DNA from: Candidatus Coatesbacteria bacterium
GTDB lineage: Bacteria > RBG-13-66-14 > B26-G2 > JAUVZD01
Length of the DNA: 64,000 bases
Assembly (NCBI GenBank): GCA_030602715.1
Contig: JAUVZD010000008.1
Coordinates: forward strand, 1 to 64,000
Direction of reading: 5' to 3'
The notes under the pieces are model-generated. The model was not told the DNA's origin and ran no database searches. It saw only the letters and a list, made by a program, of their open reading frames with translations. Both the position numbers and the translations under genes were made by a program. Shown here piece after piece: positions 9,322 through 19,654 of this stretch (positions are counted from its first letter, which is position 1; every line of letters begins with the position of its first letter).

Positions 9322-9843
9322 ATGCGCCCTGAGGACTATGCCCGCAGTCTATTCCATCTGCTGGATATTACCTCAACGCCTGTAGATTTAGAGCCGATAT
9401 GTAAGTATTTCAACATCGCCGTCAAGAGGGTTGACTTAGCTCTGGTGCTGGGAGTGTTGATAAAGGACCGGATAATGCCGGTGATTGCGGTCAACAAGAA
9501 TATGACCCTGCCCCGCCAGCGTTTCACTCTGGCTCACGAGTTGGGACATTTCATCATGCCCCACAACAGCCCTATATTCGCCTGCAGGGATGCGCAGGTC
9601 AACCGCTGGGAGAGGGAGGCAAATCGCTTCGCCGGCGAGCTGTTGATGCCCCAGCCGTTGGTGGCGAGGTTGTGGAGGAAGTATGAGGACAATCCCGAAC
9701 ACCGAATGGATATCCTAGCCGCACGGCTTTCGGTATCGGGGCAGGCGCTTGCCATTCGTTTGCGGGGATTGGGTTTTGCCCTTGCAGAAGATGGTAGTGG
9801 GAACGAGAGAGCAACGAGAGATGGGGGGAAGCTGGCGATATGA
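9322..9843 (+). CDS. ImmA/IrrE-family (COG2856) zinc metallopeptidase, partner of the upstream XRE regulator
   Basis: HEXXH motif TLAHELGHFIMPH. The ORF-track start is TTG at 9277. ATG at 9322 (MRPEDYARSL) is preferred. The stop overlaps the next gene start (ATGA). Confidence 0.7.
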   Translation: MRPEDYARSLFHLLDITSTPVDLEPICKYFNIAVKRVDLALVLGVLIKDRIMPVIAVNKNMTLPRQRFTLAHELGHFIMPHNSPIFACRDAQVNRWEREANRFAGELLMPQPLVARLWRKYEDNPEHRMDILAARLSVSGQALAIRLRGLGFALAEDGSGNERATRDGGKLAI

Positions 9844-10967
9844 GGATTGCCATTGATTGCGAGCCCATTACCTGCAATATGGGGGGGATTCGGGTTTATA
9901 CAATGAATCTGGTTCGGGCTTTAGCTCGCATAGAAACGGATACCCAATTTCGCCTCTATTATAGCTTCTCCCGCAGATACCTACATACCCCGCTTACTGT
10001 CCCCAGGGAGAACTTTTCCAATATCTACAATCCCCTTCCCGCTGCAGTTATGGATTGGGCGACAGCGCACACCCCCCTCAGCCATTCATTTTTTCTGGGT
10101 TCGGTGGATGTGGTTCATTCCATCAACTTTAGATATTTTAAGTTGACCCGGGGCGAGAAGCTGGTGGTCACCATCCATGATGTCTGTTTTCTGCTCTTTC
10201 CACAATTTTTCGGTGAGGAGATGGCATCCAAGCTCAAAAGGTCGGTTGAACGGCTCCTACAAGATGCAGAATATGTCATCACCGTCTCGGAGAATACGCG
10301 GCGGGATTTCTTGGAACACTTCATCTGGCCCGAGGATAGAATTTCGGCGATTCTCGAGGGAGTGGATACTCGTATGGCGGCTGGCTTGACGCTTTCAAGA
10401 GGTGGGAGGCGAGGTATAGATGCGCCTTACATACTATCCGTGGGGACGCTGGAACCCCGAAAGAATTATTCCCGACTGTTTAGAGCCTTCTCTGAGCTGA
10501 AAAGGGAGCATAAGGAACCATTGAAATTGGTTGTGGTCGGTGGAAGAGGGTGGTTATACGGGGAGACCTTGAAGACTTGGGAGGATAGTCCGGTGAGGGA
10601 GGATATTGTCATTCTCGGTAGGGTGGAGTTTGAGCGGTTACAGGAGTTGTATAGGGGAGCGGAGTTTTTCGTCTATCCCTCGGTTTATGAGGGTTTCGGT
10701 CTGCCCATTCTGGAAGCCCAGCAGATGGGTTTGGCGGTGCTGGCGGGGGACAATTCCAGCATCCCTGAGGTGTGCGGGGATTCCGCTTTGTTGGTAAATA
10801 GCAGCAGTGAAAGGGAGATAGCCTGGGGTATGAAGAGGTTGCTTGCAGACCTTGATTTCAGGCGGATGCTGGTGGAGAGGGGGAGGGTGAATCTGGGAAG
10901 GTTCAGCTGGGATGACACCGCTCGCCGGGTTTTGGAGATCTATCGGCTTGTTGCCGGCGAGGGGTAG
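9840..10967 (+). CDS. Glycosyltransferase family 4 (GT1 superfamily)
   Basis: EGFGLPILEAQQMGLAVLAGDNSSIPEV retaining-GT4 signature. Confidence 0.8.
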   Translation: MRIAIDCEPITCNMGGIRVYTMNLVRALARIETDTQFRLYYSFSRRYLHTPLTVPRENFSNIYNPLPAAVMDWATAHTPLSHSFFLGSVDVVHSINFRYFKLTRGEKLVVTIHDVCFLLFPQFFGEEMASKLKRSVERLLQDAEYVITVSENTRRDFLEHFIWPEDRISAILEGVDTRMAAGLTLSRGGRRGIDAPYILSVGTLEPRKNYSRLFRAFSELKREHKEPLKLVVVGGRGWLYGETLKTWEDSPVREDIVILGRVEFERLQELYRGAEFFVYPSVYEGFGLPILEAQQMGLAVLAGDNSSIPEVCGDSALLVNSSSEREIAWGMKRLLADLDFRRMLVERGRVNLGRFSWDDTARRVLEIYRLVAGEG

Positions 10968-10968
10968 A

Positions 10969-12084
10969 ATGGATGTGAAATTGGAACAGGAGAGGGCGAA
11001 AGATGTCCTTGAGGGCTGGCAGTTGGTGCCCTTGGCTGTCGGTCTTATGCGCTCTATAACCGGCGGGGAGAAGTATAACCGGAGGGTGATAACGGCGTTG
11101 GAAGGACTGGGTGCAAGGCTTCGGGGCTTCGCCCCTCCAAGTTGTAACAGCCCTTTTCTGCGCCTCCTGTGGGAGATACTTTTTTGGCTCTCAAAGGTCG
11201 CGGACTTGAGCCATAGGACACTATTCTTTTTCGACTCCTCCTGCTATCTGAGTTTGTTTTTCGTTCTGCTTTATATAAGAATCTTCAAGCAAGCTAGGAT
11301 AATAACAACTGTCTATCATTTAACCAATATACTTCCAAAAAACCCAGTCAGGAGAATGGTATATCGGTTTTTTGAAGGGGGGGCTATAAGATTATCCCAT
11401 CTAATACTTACAATAAGCAACTCCACCAGGGAGGATATCCATAAGATCGCCGGTGCTTTTGTATCTCCGTTCATCGTCCCGCCGGGGATGGAGATCGTGT
11501 CTATGAAACGACGGCGTTCATATAGGACGAAATCGCCTTTCAGGATAGTCTCCCTGGGTTTTATCGCCCCCCAAAAGGGGGTTGAGACCTTGATCAAGGC
11601 GGTAGGTTTGCTGGGCGGTCTTGATGTGGAGGTGGACTGGGCGGGAGATTACTCCAGAGACCGCCGGGATTTTTACTTGAGATGCAAGGAACTTGTGGCA
11701 AAACTGGGCTTGCAGGATAGATTTCGTTTTCGGGGTTATCTCAGCCGGGAGGAGCTATCCACTCTTTTGGAGGAAGCGGACCTCTTCGTCTCTCCCTCCT
11801 CTTTGGAGGGTTACGGGATTGCCATAATTGAGGCGGCATCGTTCTCCCTCCCGCTATTGCTTTCGGATATTGCTCCATTCAGGGAATTTGCCGGCGGTGA
11901 TGCTTTGTATTTCAAACCTGGTAACTGCGAGGGATTGGCGGAGGTCATTGAGGGATTGCTGCAGAACCATAAGAAAAGGGAGCGGATGGGCAGGGCGGTC
12001 TATGAGCGTGTGGATTTTTCCTATGACTGGGACAGTATGCAGTCTATGGTCCAGGAGGTGGTAGGGGAATGGTGGAGGCGATAA
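10969..12084 (+). CDS. Glycosyltransferase family 4
   Basis: EGYGIAIIEAASFSLPLLLSDIAPFREF. Start set to ATG at 10969 (MDVKLEQ), 1 nt after the preceding stop. The ORF-track start at 10912 overlaps the upstream gene. Confidence 0.7.
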   Translation: MDVKLEQERAKDVLEGWQLVPLAVGLMRSITGGEKYNRRVITALEGLGARLRGFAPPSCNSPFLRLLWEILFWLSKVADLSHRTLFFFDSSCYLSLFFVLLYIRIFKQARIITTVYHLTNILPKNPVRRMVYRFFEGGAIRLSHLILTISNSTREDIHKIAGAFVSPFIVPPGMEIVSMKRRRSYRTKSPFRIVSLGFIAPQKGVETLIKAVGLLGGLDVEVDWAGDYSRDRRDFYLRCKELVAKLGLQDRFRFRGYLSREELSTLLEEADLFVSPSSLEGYGIAIIEAASFSLPLLLSDIAPFREFAGGDALYFKPGNCEGLAEVIEGLLQNHKKRERMGRAVYERVDFSYDWDSMQSMVQEVVGEWWRR

Positions 12085-12153
12085 TTTTACATTAGATAAT
12101 TGCGGAAGACATTAGCCGGATTTAGGTGGATTTTTTCCCCGAACGGAGTGGAT

Positions 12154-13293
12154 ATGGGAAGTGGCGAGACCAAAAAGATAAGGGTGATGCTCACTATCAC
12201 CGACCTCTCCATCGGGGGAATAGAGCTGGTCAATCTGAACCTTGCCAGGCACCTGGATAAGAGCCGGTTTGAGGTGACCCTGGTCTGCTGGCGGGGCGAG
12301 GGTCCGCTGATAAAGAGGCTGAGGGGACAGGATTTTGACCTGGTGGTCTTCGGACTTCCCCCCTGGAATTTCTTGGGCATACTGTGGCGATATTGTCGGG
12401 AGATTAGAGGAAGGCGGATTCACATATTGCACGCCAACCCCGGCTCCTTCGCAAGAATTTCCGCCGTAGCCCTCAAAGTGCCGGTGATAATCTCCTCATT
12501 TCATAGCCAGTGGCGGTTGGGATTTGTGAAATTACTACTGGACCGAACGCTCTCAAAATTCACCGACTATTTTATCGGGGTTTCTCAGGCGGTCGCCGAA
12601 CATATTAAGGCACAGCAGAAAGTAAGGGATGATAGGATAAAGGTTGTATATAATGGTGTTATTCCAGAGGAGTATGAACTCCACCCTCGGGATATTTCCC
12701 TTAAAAGCGAACTTGGGCTCGCCTATAATGCCCGTCTGGTGGGCTTTCTGGGTCGTCTCAGTTTTGAGAAAGGCGCAGACATCCTCATCCGAGCCGCCCC
12801 CGCCATACTGAGAAAACAGAGGACAGCCCATCTGGTCATCGTGGGAGACGGACCGGAGAGAGCCGACCTGGAGCGCATGGCGCAGGAGCTGGGAATTTTT
12901 AAGCGAGTCCACTTCTTGGGCTATCGCCAGGACATCCCTGAAATTCTCTCCGCACTGCATGTGGTGGCGGTTCCCTCCCGTCAAGCCGGCTTTGAACTGA
13001 TACTGGCTGAGGCTATGGCTTCCGGTGTGGTGGTGGTGGCTTCCAGAGTAGGACCCATCCCCGAGGTGATCGCCGACGGGGAGACCGGATTATTGGTGCC
13101 CCCACAGGACCACGAAGCCTTCGCAGATGCCATCATTAAACTACTGGGCCAACCCGACCGGCGAAAGAGGATGGGAGAGGCGGGCAGAGCGAGGGTCAGA
13201 GAGAGATTCTCCATCCAGAGGATGGTTTCTGAGACTGAAGCGCTCTACGAGAGACTGGTAGCGGAGAAGATGGGCGGGCGAAAGACCGCCTGA
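12154..13293 (+). CDS. Glycosyltransferase family 4
   Basis: VVAVPSRQAGFELILAEAMASGVVVVASRVGPIPEV. ATG at 12154 behind GGAG. The ORF-track start is TTG at 12100. Confidence 0.8.
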   Translation: MGSGETKKIRVMLTITDLSIGGIELVNLNLARHLDKSRFEVTLVCWRGEGPLIKRLRGQDFDLVVFGLPPWNFLGILWRYCREIRGRRIHILHANPGSFARISAVALKVPVIISSFHSQWRLGFVKLLLDRTLSKFTDYFIGVSQAVAEHIKAQQKVRDDRIKVVYNGVIPEEYELHPRDISLKSELGLAYNARLVGFLGRLSFEKGADILIRAAPAILRKQRTAHLVIVGDGPERADLERMAQELGIFKRVHFLGYRQDIPEILSALHVVAVPSRQAGFELILAEAMASGVVVVASRVGPIPEVIADGETGLLVPPQDHEAFADAIIKLLGQPDRRKRMGEAGRARVRERFSIQRMVSETEALYERLVAEKMGGRKTA

Positions 13294-13366
13294 TTTCACC
13301 TGGCAGAATGAGTAAAATTATCCAACAATATTATATCTTGAATATTCGTGGTATCAATACCACAGC

Positions 13367-14950
13367 CTATCCTAGGCTCCAGATTATTACCCGTGTCGCA
13401 TCCTGCCCCCGGGGTTGATAGAATTCGGAGCGGTAGAACTCCTGCTCTTTGCTCACGGTGATGTTGGCTCCGAAGCCGTCATAAACTCGGCTGGGGATGT
13501 AGAGGGAATATTGCTGGTAGTCGCCGGTGTTGACCGGATAGTCGTCGAACCAGAAGGCGTGTTGAACAAAGTAATCCACGTTGTTTTTTTGTATGTACTC
13601 CTCAAGTTGGCCGCTCCGCAGGTATTCCTGATACTCGAAGTCGTTGACAAGTCCGTCGAGATTTATGGTGGTACGTTGGGAGTAATATCCAAAGACGCCA
13701 CAGTCCTTCATGGCAAATATCGCCCCTTCAGGGGTGTTTTCGCGTGCATATATGGCGGTCTCGTATATTCTTATGGTCATTCCCATTTCGCGGCGGCTGA
13801 GGGAATAGGCTTGAGTGCCTAGTGTGGAGATAGCCGCAATAATGAACAACGCCTTCATAATAAGCATACAACCACGCTTTGATTTTAACTCTTTGAGCAA
13901 AATTAGCAATGGCATCCCGGTGCTTAATACTATAACCGGCAATAGGAAGGAGAAGGTATAGGCGAACACGCCCCATTTGACAAAGAGAAAGTTGAATGTG
14001 AGGAAGAGTAGGGAGGAGATGGCGAAAAGGGTTATGGGGATGAGGAAGCGGTCTCTTTGCTCCTGGTTGAAGTATCGTTTGCTTAAAAGAATGATAATTA
14101 TTGCGATAACGGCGAAGGCGAAGCCAGCAAAATATTCGGGGTAGGTGGTGACCATACGAAGCACTTGATTGGTGGTGCCGGAGAGGGTCCACTTCACCTT
14201 CATCTTGGAGCTGATGGTGGCGATGGTGCCGAAATTTGTGTAGTTCCAGTTCAGGAAGGGAAGTAGGCCCAGCACAACCACACTGCCGGCGAGCAGCGCT
14301 CCCAGTGAAGCGGTGGTCGGGGATTTGTGCTTACAAATGTCGATTATTAAAATGTAGGAAAGTATCACCGCGGGCAGAAAGAAGGTATCGAGCCGGGTAA
14401 GCACTAGAGCCGTCAGAAGCGCTCCCAGAAGAAGAGAATAAAGGTGCCATTTGCTAGAAAATATTTCGGAAAAAATTTTTGGCAGTAAAAATAAAATAAG
14501 CAATAACAAAAAAATAACCAATCCGCTTTCCATACCGCCGTGAAATATATGAAAGAAGCGAGGATACATAGGTATCATTAAGAGAGTTGCTATCAGGAGG
14601 GGAGGGAATACTTCCTTTGCGTTTTTCTTTATAAGGATTAGTGAGCCTAAGAAGAGCAGCGCCTGAAGAACCAAGACTATCCTGATAAGACTGACTTGTC
14701 CCAGGCCGGGTATGGCTGAAAGTAGGGTTAGAACTAGAAGCCAGAGAGGGTGGAAGCCGTTGGTCTTGTGTATGCCGTCGAAGGTGGCGCCCTTGCCAGC
14801 GGTGATATTTTGGGCAATTTTGAGATAGTAATAAGTGTCATCCTGCATTGAGGAGATCATCAGGTCGGTTGGGTGAAAGGTAAATTGCAGGGAGTAAATG
14901 AAGAGTAGGGCTATTATTCCCCAGAGAATTTTTTGCTCATACTTTTCCAA
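13367..14950 (-). CDS. Polytopic membrane glycosyltransferase, GT39/PMT_2 (ArnT/PMT-like) family. This is a tentative call.
   Basis: More than 10 TM helices. The first-loop motif DDTYYYLKIAQNITAGKG...TNGFHPLW resembles the PMT_2 DE...HPPL region. A ~150-aa soluble C-terminal domain follows. Confidence 0.45.
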   Translation of the reverse strand: MEKYEQKILWGIIALLFIYSLQFTFHPTDLMISSMQDDTYYYLKIAQNITAGKGATFDGIHKTNGFHPLWLLVLTLLSAIPGLGQVSLIRIVLVLQALLFLGSLILIKKNAKEVFPPLLIATLLMIPMYPRFFHIFHGGMESGLVIFLLLLILFLLPKIFSEIFSSKWHLYSLLLGALLTALVLTRLDTFFLPAVILSYILIIDICKHKSPTTASLGALLAGSVVVLGLLPFLNWNYTNFGTIATISSKMKVKWTLSGTTNQVLRMVTTYPEYFAGFAFAVIAIIIILLSKRYFNQEQRDRFLIPITLFAISSLLFLTFNFLFVKWGVFAYTFSFLLPVIVLSTGMPLLILLKELKSKRGCMLIMKALFIIAAISTLGTQAYSLSRREMGMTIRIYETAIYARENTPEGAIFAMKDCGVFGYYSQRTTINLDGLVNDFEYQEYLRSGQLEEYIQKNNVDYFVQHAFWFDDYPVNTGDYQQYSLYIPSRVYDGFGANITVSKEQEFYRSEFYQPRGQDATRVIIWSLG

Positions 14951-15050
14951 AAAGTCTCCTGATAATTTATAATTATATTTACTTGAGCAAATATTAGCAT
15001 ACCCGATTTAAAAACTAAAGTATTAAGTATCGGCAGAAGAATCTAGCTGA

Positions 15051-15083
15051 GGGGGCTAGTAAGTAGCCCCCGTTACTTTTTTC
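15051..15083 (+). terminator. Terminator-like hairpin plus U-tract in the divergent region ~100 nt upstream of uvrA. It may be a leader attenuator or an insulator.
   Basis: GGGGGCTA (15051-58) pairs with TAGCCCCC (15064-71). The loop is GTAAG. GTTACTTTTTTCT follows. Confidence 0.35.
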
Positions 15084-15185
15084 TGGAACATACGTTTGGT
15101 TTCTGCGGTTGGAAAGAAGATGCTGACCATATCCGCGGAGTTTTCTTCGGTTGAAAGCGTTTGGTGATAATCGTATAATTGCAAC

Positions 15186-18044
15186 TTGGGGACAATGCCA
15201 AAAGGCGACGACAGCATAATTATACGCGGGGCTAGGGTGCATAATCTAAAGAATATAGATGTGCGCATTCCCCGCAACCGACTGGTGGTCATCACCGGAA
15301 TATCCGGCTCGGGGAAATCCAGCCTGGCATTTGACACCCTCTACGCCGAGGGACAGCGCCGTTATGTGGAGTCCCTCTCCGCCTATGCCCGCCAGTTTCT
15401 GGGTCAGATGGACAAGCCGGACTGTGACTCCATAGAGGGGCTCTCCCCAGCCATCTCCATAGACCAGAAGTCTGCCAGCAAGAACCCCCGCTCCACCGTG
15501 GCTACCATCACCGAGATACACGATTATCTGCGCCTGCTCTACGCCCGGGTCGGAAAGCCCCACTGTTATCAGTGCGGAAAGCCCATTGAGGCACAGGCGG
15601 TGGATCAGATGGTGGATGAGGTGATGAACCTGCCGGAGGGAACCCGATTTTATGTCCTCTCTCCGTTGGTGAAAGGGCGCAAGGGTGAACACCGCTCCGT
15701 ATTTGAATCCGCCCAGAAGTCCGGTTTCACCAGGGTCATTGTTGATGAGCTTGAGTATCGTCTGGATGAGGAGATTCCTCTGGACAAGAACAAGAAGCAC
15801 ACCATTGAATTGGTCGTTGACCGCCTGGTGATGAAAGAGAACCTGCGCAGTCGTCTGCACGAAGCTCTGGAGACCGCGCTCTCAAAATCGGACGACGGAT
15901 TGGTCAAGGTGAAAATTGTGGATGAGGGCTCAAAGGACGGTGAAAAATTTCTCTTCAGCCGAAAACTCTCCTGCCCCAACTGCGGTATCAGCTACGAGGA
16001 GCTCTCTCCACGGATGTTCTCCTTCAACAGTCCCTATGGTCGCTGTCCCACCTGCGACGGTCTGGGCTTCATCAGCGAGGTGGACCCGGAGCTGGTCATC
16101 TCCCATCCTCAGCTTTCCATAAATGAGGGAGCCATCTCCCCCTGGCGAGATACCTCCTCGGAGTGGGTCTCCGCCATCCTGGGGGCATTATCCCGTAATT
16201 ATAAGATTGACCTGGATAAGCCCTATCAGGAACTCAGGGAGGAGCAGAAGCGGGTCATCCTTTATGGAACCGGAAGCGATGAACTCCTGGTGGAGTTCGG
16301 CGACGAGCGCTTTCGGCGCAGTAGGCGAATGCGCTTTCGGGGGGTGATACCACTCATTGAGCGGGGCTACCACGAGACCTCCTCGGATGACGCCAGAGAA
16401 TTCTACTATGGTCGCTTTATCGCCAAAAATCCCTGTCCCGACTGCGGGGGGATGCGCCTGAAGCCGGCATCTCTTGCGGTAACTGTGGGGGGGAGGAACC
16501 TGGGCGAGGTGACCGCTATGAGCGTTGAGTCTGCGCTTCAGTTCTTCTCCGGACTCAAATTTTCCGAACATGAGATGTTGATAGCCAGGGAGGTGCTGAA
16601 GGAGATATCCGGCCGCTTAAAATTCATGCAGGATGTGGGGCTCTCCTACCTCACCCTGGACCGGACGGCTCCCACACTGGCGGGCGGGGAGGTTCAGCGC
16701 ATCCGTCTGGCAACCCAGATAGGCTCCGGTCTGGTGGGAGTGTTGTATATCCTGGATGAGCCCACCATCGGGCTCCATCAGCGGGATAATAAAAGACTGT
16801 TGGCTACGCTCAAAAAACTGCGGGATTTGGGCAATACGGTGATAATAGTGGAGCACGACCGTGAGACCATCAACTCCGCCGACTGGGTCATTGACCTGGG
16901 ACCGGGGGCGGGAGTGCACGGTGGGGAGGTGGTTACTTTTGGTCCGCCGGAGAAGGTGGCAAGGAGCAGAAATTCGCTCACCGGCAGGTACCTCTGTGGA
17001 CGGGAGGCGATTCCCATCCCCAGGGAGCGTAAGTCGGGCGACGGGCGTTTCTTGGAGATATTCGGGGCAGGTGAACACAATCTGAAGAATATTGAGGTCC
17101 GCTTTCCCCTGGGAACTTTCATCTGCGTAACCGGCGTATCCGGCTCGGGGAAATCAACCCTGGTGGATGAGACCCTATATCGTATTCTTGCCAGGGCAAT
17201 CAACCGCTCCCCGGTCAAACCGGGGAGATATAAGGCGGTTGATGGTGTGGAAAATATAGACAAGGTCATAGAGGTGGACCAGAGCCCCATCGGGCGTTCC
17301 CCCCGCTCCAATCCAGCCACTTATACCGGCGTCTTCACCCACATCCGGCACCTGTTTGCAATGTTGCCGGAATCCAAGGTTCGGGGCTACAGAGATGGGC
17401 GCTTCTCCTTCAATGTGTCCGGGGGTCGCTGTGAGGCTTGCGACGGCGACGGGTTCATCAAGGTGGAGATGCACTTTCTTCCCGATGTGTATATTCCCTG
17501 TCAGGTCTGCAAGGGCAAGCGCTACAATCGGGAGACCCTTGAGGTACGCTATAAGGGGAAAAACATCGCCGATGTCCTCTCCATGACCATTGAGGAGGCT
17601 TACTCCTTCTTTCAGACCATTCCCTCCGTCAAGCGGATTTTGCAGACCTTGCTGGATGTGGGATTGGGCTATCTGGAGTTGGGTCAGCCGGCTACCACCC
17701 TCTCCGGGGGAGAGGCTCAACGCATCAAGCTGGCTCGGGAACTGAGAAAGCGGGCTACCGGTAAAACCCTCTATATCCTGGACGAGCCCACCACCGGACT
17801 GCACTTTGAGGACGTGCGCAAACTGCTTTCGGTGCTTACTCGCCTGCGGGAGGGGGGAAACACGGTGGTGGTAATAGAACACAATTTTGAGGTGATCAAA
17901 ACCGCCGATTACATCATAGACCTGGGTCCTGAGGGTGGAGATGAGGGGGGATATGTGGTGGCTTGCGGAACTCCGGAGGAGGTGGCAAAAGTAAAGGATT
18001 CGCATACCGGGAGGTTCCTGCGGGGGATTCTACGGCAGAAATAG
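15186..18044 (+). CDS. uvrA: Excinuclease ABC subunit A
   Basis: Two ABC modules with [34 protein letters not shown] and [14 protein letters not shown], plus zinc fingers. 952 aa. Confidence 0.95.
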   Translation: MGTMPKGDDSIIIRGARVHNLKNIDVRIPRNRLVVITGISGSGKSSLAFDTLYAEGQRRYVESLSAYARQFLGQMDKPDCDSIEGLSPAISIDQKSASKNPRSTVATITEIHDYLRLLYARVGKPHCYQCGKPIEAQAVDQMVDEVMNLPEGTRFYVLSPLVKGRKGEHRSVFESAQKSGFTRVIVDELEYRLDEEIPLDKNKKHTIELVVDRLVMKENLRSRLHEALETALSKSDDGLVKVKIVDEGSKDGEKFLFSRKLSCPNCGISYEELSPRMFSFNSPYGRCPTCDGLGFISEVDPELVISHPQLSINEGAISPWRDTSSEWVSAILGALSRNYKIDLDKPYQELREEQKRVILYGTGSDELLVEFGDERFRRSRRMRFRGVIPLIERGYHETSSDDAREFYYGRFIAKNPCPDCGGMRLKPASLAVTVGGRNLGEVTAMSVESALQFFSGLKFSEHEMLIAREVLKEISGRLKFMQDVGLSYLTLDRTAPTLAGGEVQRIRLATQIGSGLVGVLYILDEPTIGLHQRDNKRLLATLKKLRDLGNTVIIVEHDRETINSADWVIDLGPGAGVHGGEVVTFGPPEKVARSRNSLTGRYLCGREAIPIPRERKSGDGRFLEIFGAGEHNLKNIEVRFPLGTFICVTGVSGSGKSTLVDETLYRILARAINRSPVKPGRYKAVDGVENIDKVIEVDQSPIGRSPRSNPATYTGVFTHIRHLFAMLPESKVRGYRDGRFSFNVSGGRCEACDGDGFIKVEMHFLPDVYIPCQVCKGKRYNRETLEVRYKGKNIADVLSMTIEEAYSFFQTIPSVKRILQTLLDVGLGYLELGQPATTLSGGEAQRIKLARELRKRATGKTLYILDEPTTGLHFEDVRKLLSVLTRLREGGNTVVVIEHNFEVIKTADYIIDLGPEGGDEGGYVVACGTPEEVAKVKDSHTGRFLRGILRQK

Positions 18045-18117
18045 GATAGATTTTTTATTGATTTTTCGCCAGGTGTGTGTTAAATTTTAAGCCTGATACG
18101 CAGGGGAGTTAGCGAAA

Positions 18118-18456
18118 ATGAATAGACCGATTTTGTTTGTCTCTGTCCTTTTATGCCTGATACTTCTGGTGCCGAATCTGGCGTTTGCTTCCAAGTTCGC
18201 CATAATCGGGAGAAAGCCGCCCAAGGAGGAGCCGATAGAAGAGGTTGAGCCCCCACCACCGCCGACTTATGGTGGGGAGCAGTTGGGCACCACTCATGTG
18301 GTGGTGAAAGGGGAGTGTCTCTTCTTCATTGCCGGATATAGGGAGTATTACGGCGACCCGTTCAAGTGGCGCCTGATCTATGAGGCTAATAGGGACAAGA
18401 TAGCTAACCCCCACTGGATCTACCCCGGGCAGGAGTTTTATATCCCTCCGGAGTAG
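18118..18456 (+). CDS. Secreted LysM-domain protein
   Basis: Signal peptide followed by a C-terminal LysM-like segment HVVVKGECLFFIAGYREYYGDPFKWRLIYEANRD. Confidence 0.55.
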   Translation: MNRPILFVSVLLCLILLVPNLAFASKFAIIGRKPPKEEPIEEVEPPPPPTYGGEQLGTTHVVVKGECLFFIAGYREYYGDPFKWRLIYEANRDKIANPHWIYPGQEFYIPPE

Positions 18457-18477
18457 TCTAAATTATTGCAAAATCAA

Positions 18478-18510
18478 CCCCACCTTGAACTTCAGGTGGG
18501 GCTTTTTATT
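18478..18510. terminator. Bidirectional rho-independent terminator between convergent genes
   Basis: CCCCACCT pairs with AGGTGGGG around an 8-nt loop. CTTTTTATT lies 3' on the plus strand. On the minus strand the same hairpin is followed by TTGATTTTG. Confidence 0.6.
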
Positions 18511-18537
18511 GGGAGAGAATATGTCTGTTGGGCTTTT

Positions 18538-19635
18538 TTATTCGCCGATAGCCTTTCCACACTCCGGGCAGAATTTGGCACCGGAGGGAATATCCTTTTC
18601 GCAGGAGGGGCATTTCTTGGTGGTGACCAGGGGATTTCCACATTCCGGGCAGAACTTCCCCAGGGGGACGGTTTTTTCGCAGGCGGGACATTGCACCGTT
18701 TGTTTTTTCACCTTGGGTTTTAACTCCCCCCCGCAGGCGGGGCAGAAGTGGGAGTTGGCGGGGATGGTGGCGTTGCATTTGGTGCAGGTGGTGGTCTGCA
18801 TGGTGTTCATCATCTGCATCTGCTGAGCCATACTCATTCCGGCGCCGATGCCCATACCCAAACCCATGCCTTCACCCATACCGCTCTCACTGCCGGCGGC
18901 TTCTTCTATGGCTTTGGCGGTCTTATACTGCATAAATTTGTTCATGTCTCCGACGGCGCCCATGCCAGCCCGCTCGTCGATGGCTTTTTCCACCTCCGGC
19001 GGAGGGGTGATGGCGTTGATGAAGAAATCCCTCACTTCCAAGCCGTATTTTGCCAGGTCGTCAACGACTCGGGACTTCATCGCTGTGCCCAGTTCGTCGT
19101 AGATTGAGGTTAGGTCAAAGACGGATTTCATATTCTCGCCGAGGATATCGGTGAATCGGCTGACGAATATCCCCTTTAAGAAGCCAATGATGTCGCCGGT
19201 GGTGAATAACCCCTGGGTGCCCACAATTTTGTTTACGAACAGTTGGGAGTCGTGAATAACGATGGAGTAAGTGCCGTATGAACGCAGGCGAACCATGCCC
19301 AGCTCGGCGTCCCGGAAGGGGACCGGGTCCGGGGTGCCCCACTTCAGATTGCGAAAGGTCTTCTTGTTGACGAAATAGACCTCCGCCTTGAAGGGGCTGT
19401 CCCCTCCGCTCAATAAGGCGGATAAGAATTTGGTGAGCAGGGGGATGTTGGCGGTGGTCAGGGTGTGTCGTCCGGGTCCGAAGACATCGTAGGCTTTACC
19501 GTCACGGAAGAAGACCGCCTTCTGGTTCTCCCGCACGGTCAGTTGGGCGCCGAGCTTTAGCTCATCGTTGGGAAAGCGGACCACCATCTCATCGCCCATC
19601 TCCTCCCGCCACTCTATAACATCTATTACTGCCAA
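18538..19635 (-). CDS. SPFH/band-7 (stomatin-prohibitin) domain protein with four C-terminal zinc-ribbon repeats (COG4260 / YdjI-like)
   Basis: N-terminus AVIDVIEW...VVRFPNDELKLGAQLTV is the SPFH core. The C-terminus is 4x CxxC...CxxC (CTKCNATI...CPACGG, CPACEK...CPECGN, CPSCEK...CPECGK). True start is TTG at 19635 behind GGAGGTG. The track ATG at 19698 is upstream of the SD. Confidence 0.75.
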   Translation of the reverse strand: MAVIDVIEWREEMGDEMVVRFPNDELKLGAQLTVRENQKAVFFRDGKAYDVFGPGRHTLTTANIPLLTKFLSALLSGGDSPFKAEVYFVNKKTFRNLKWGTPDPVPFRDAELGMVRLRSYGTYSIVIHDSQLFVNKIVGTQGLFTTGDIIGFLKGIFVSRFTDILGENMKSVFDLTSIYDELGTAMKSRVVDDLAKYGLEVRDFFINAITPPPEVEKAIDERAGMGAVGDMNKFMQYKTAKAIEEAAGSESGMGEGMGLGMGIGAGMSMAQQMQMMNTMQTTTCTKCNATIPANSHFCPACGGELKPKVKKQTVQCPACEKTVPLGKFCPECGNPLVTTKKCPSCEKDIPSGAKFCPECGKAIGE

Positions 19636-19654
19636 TGTGCACCTCCAATTGTTT

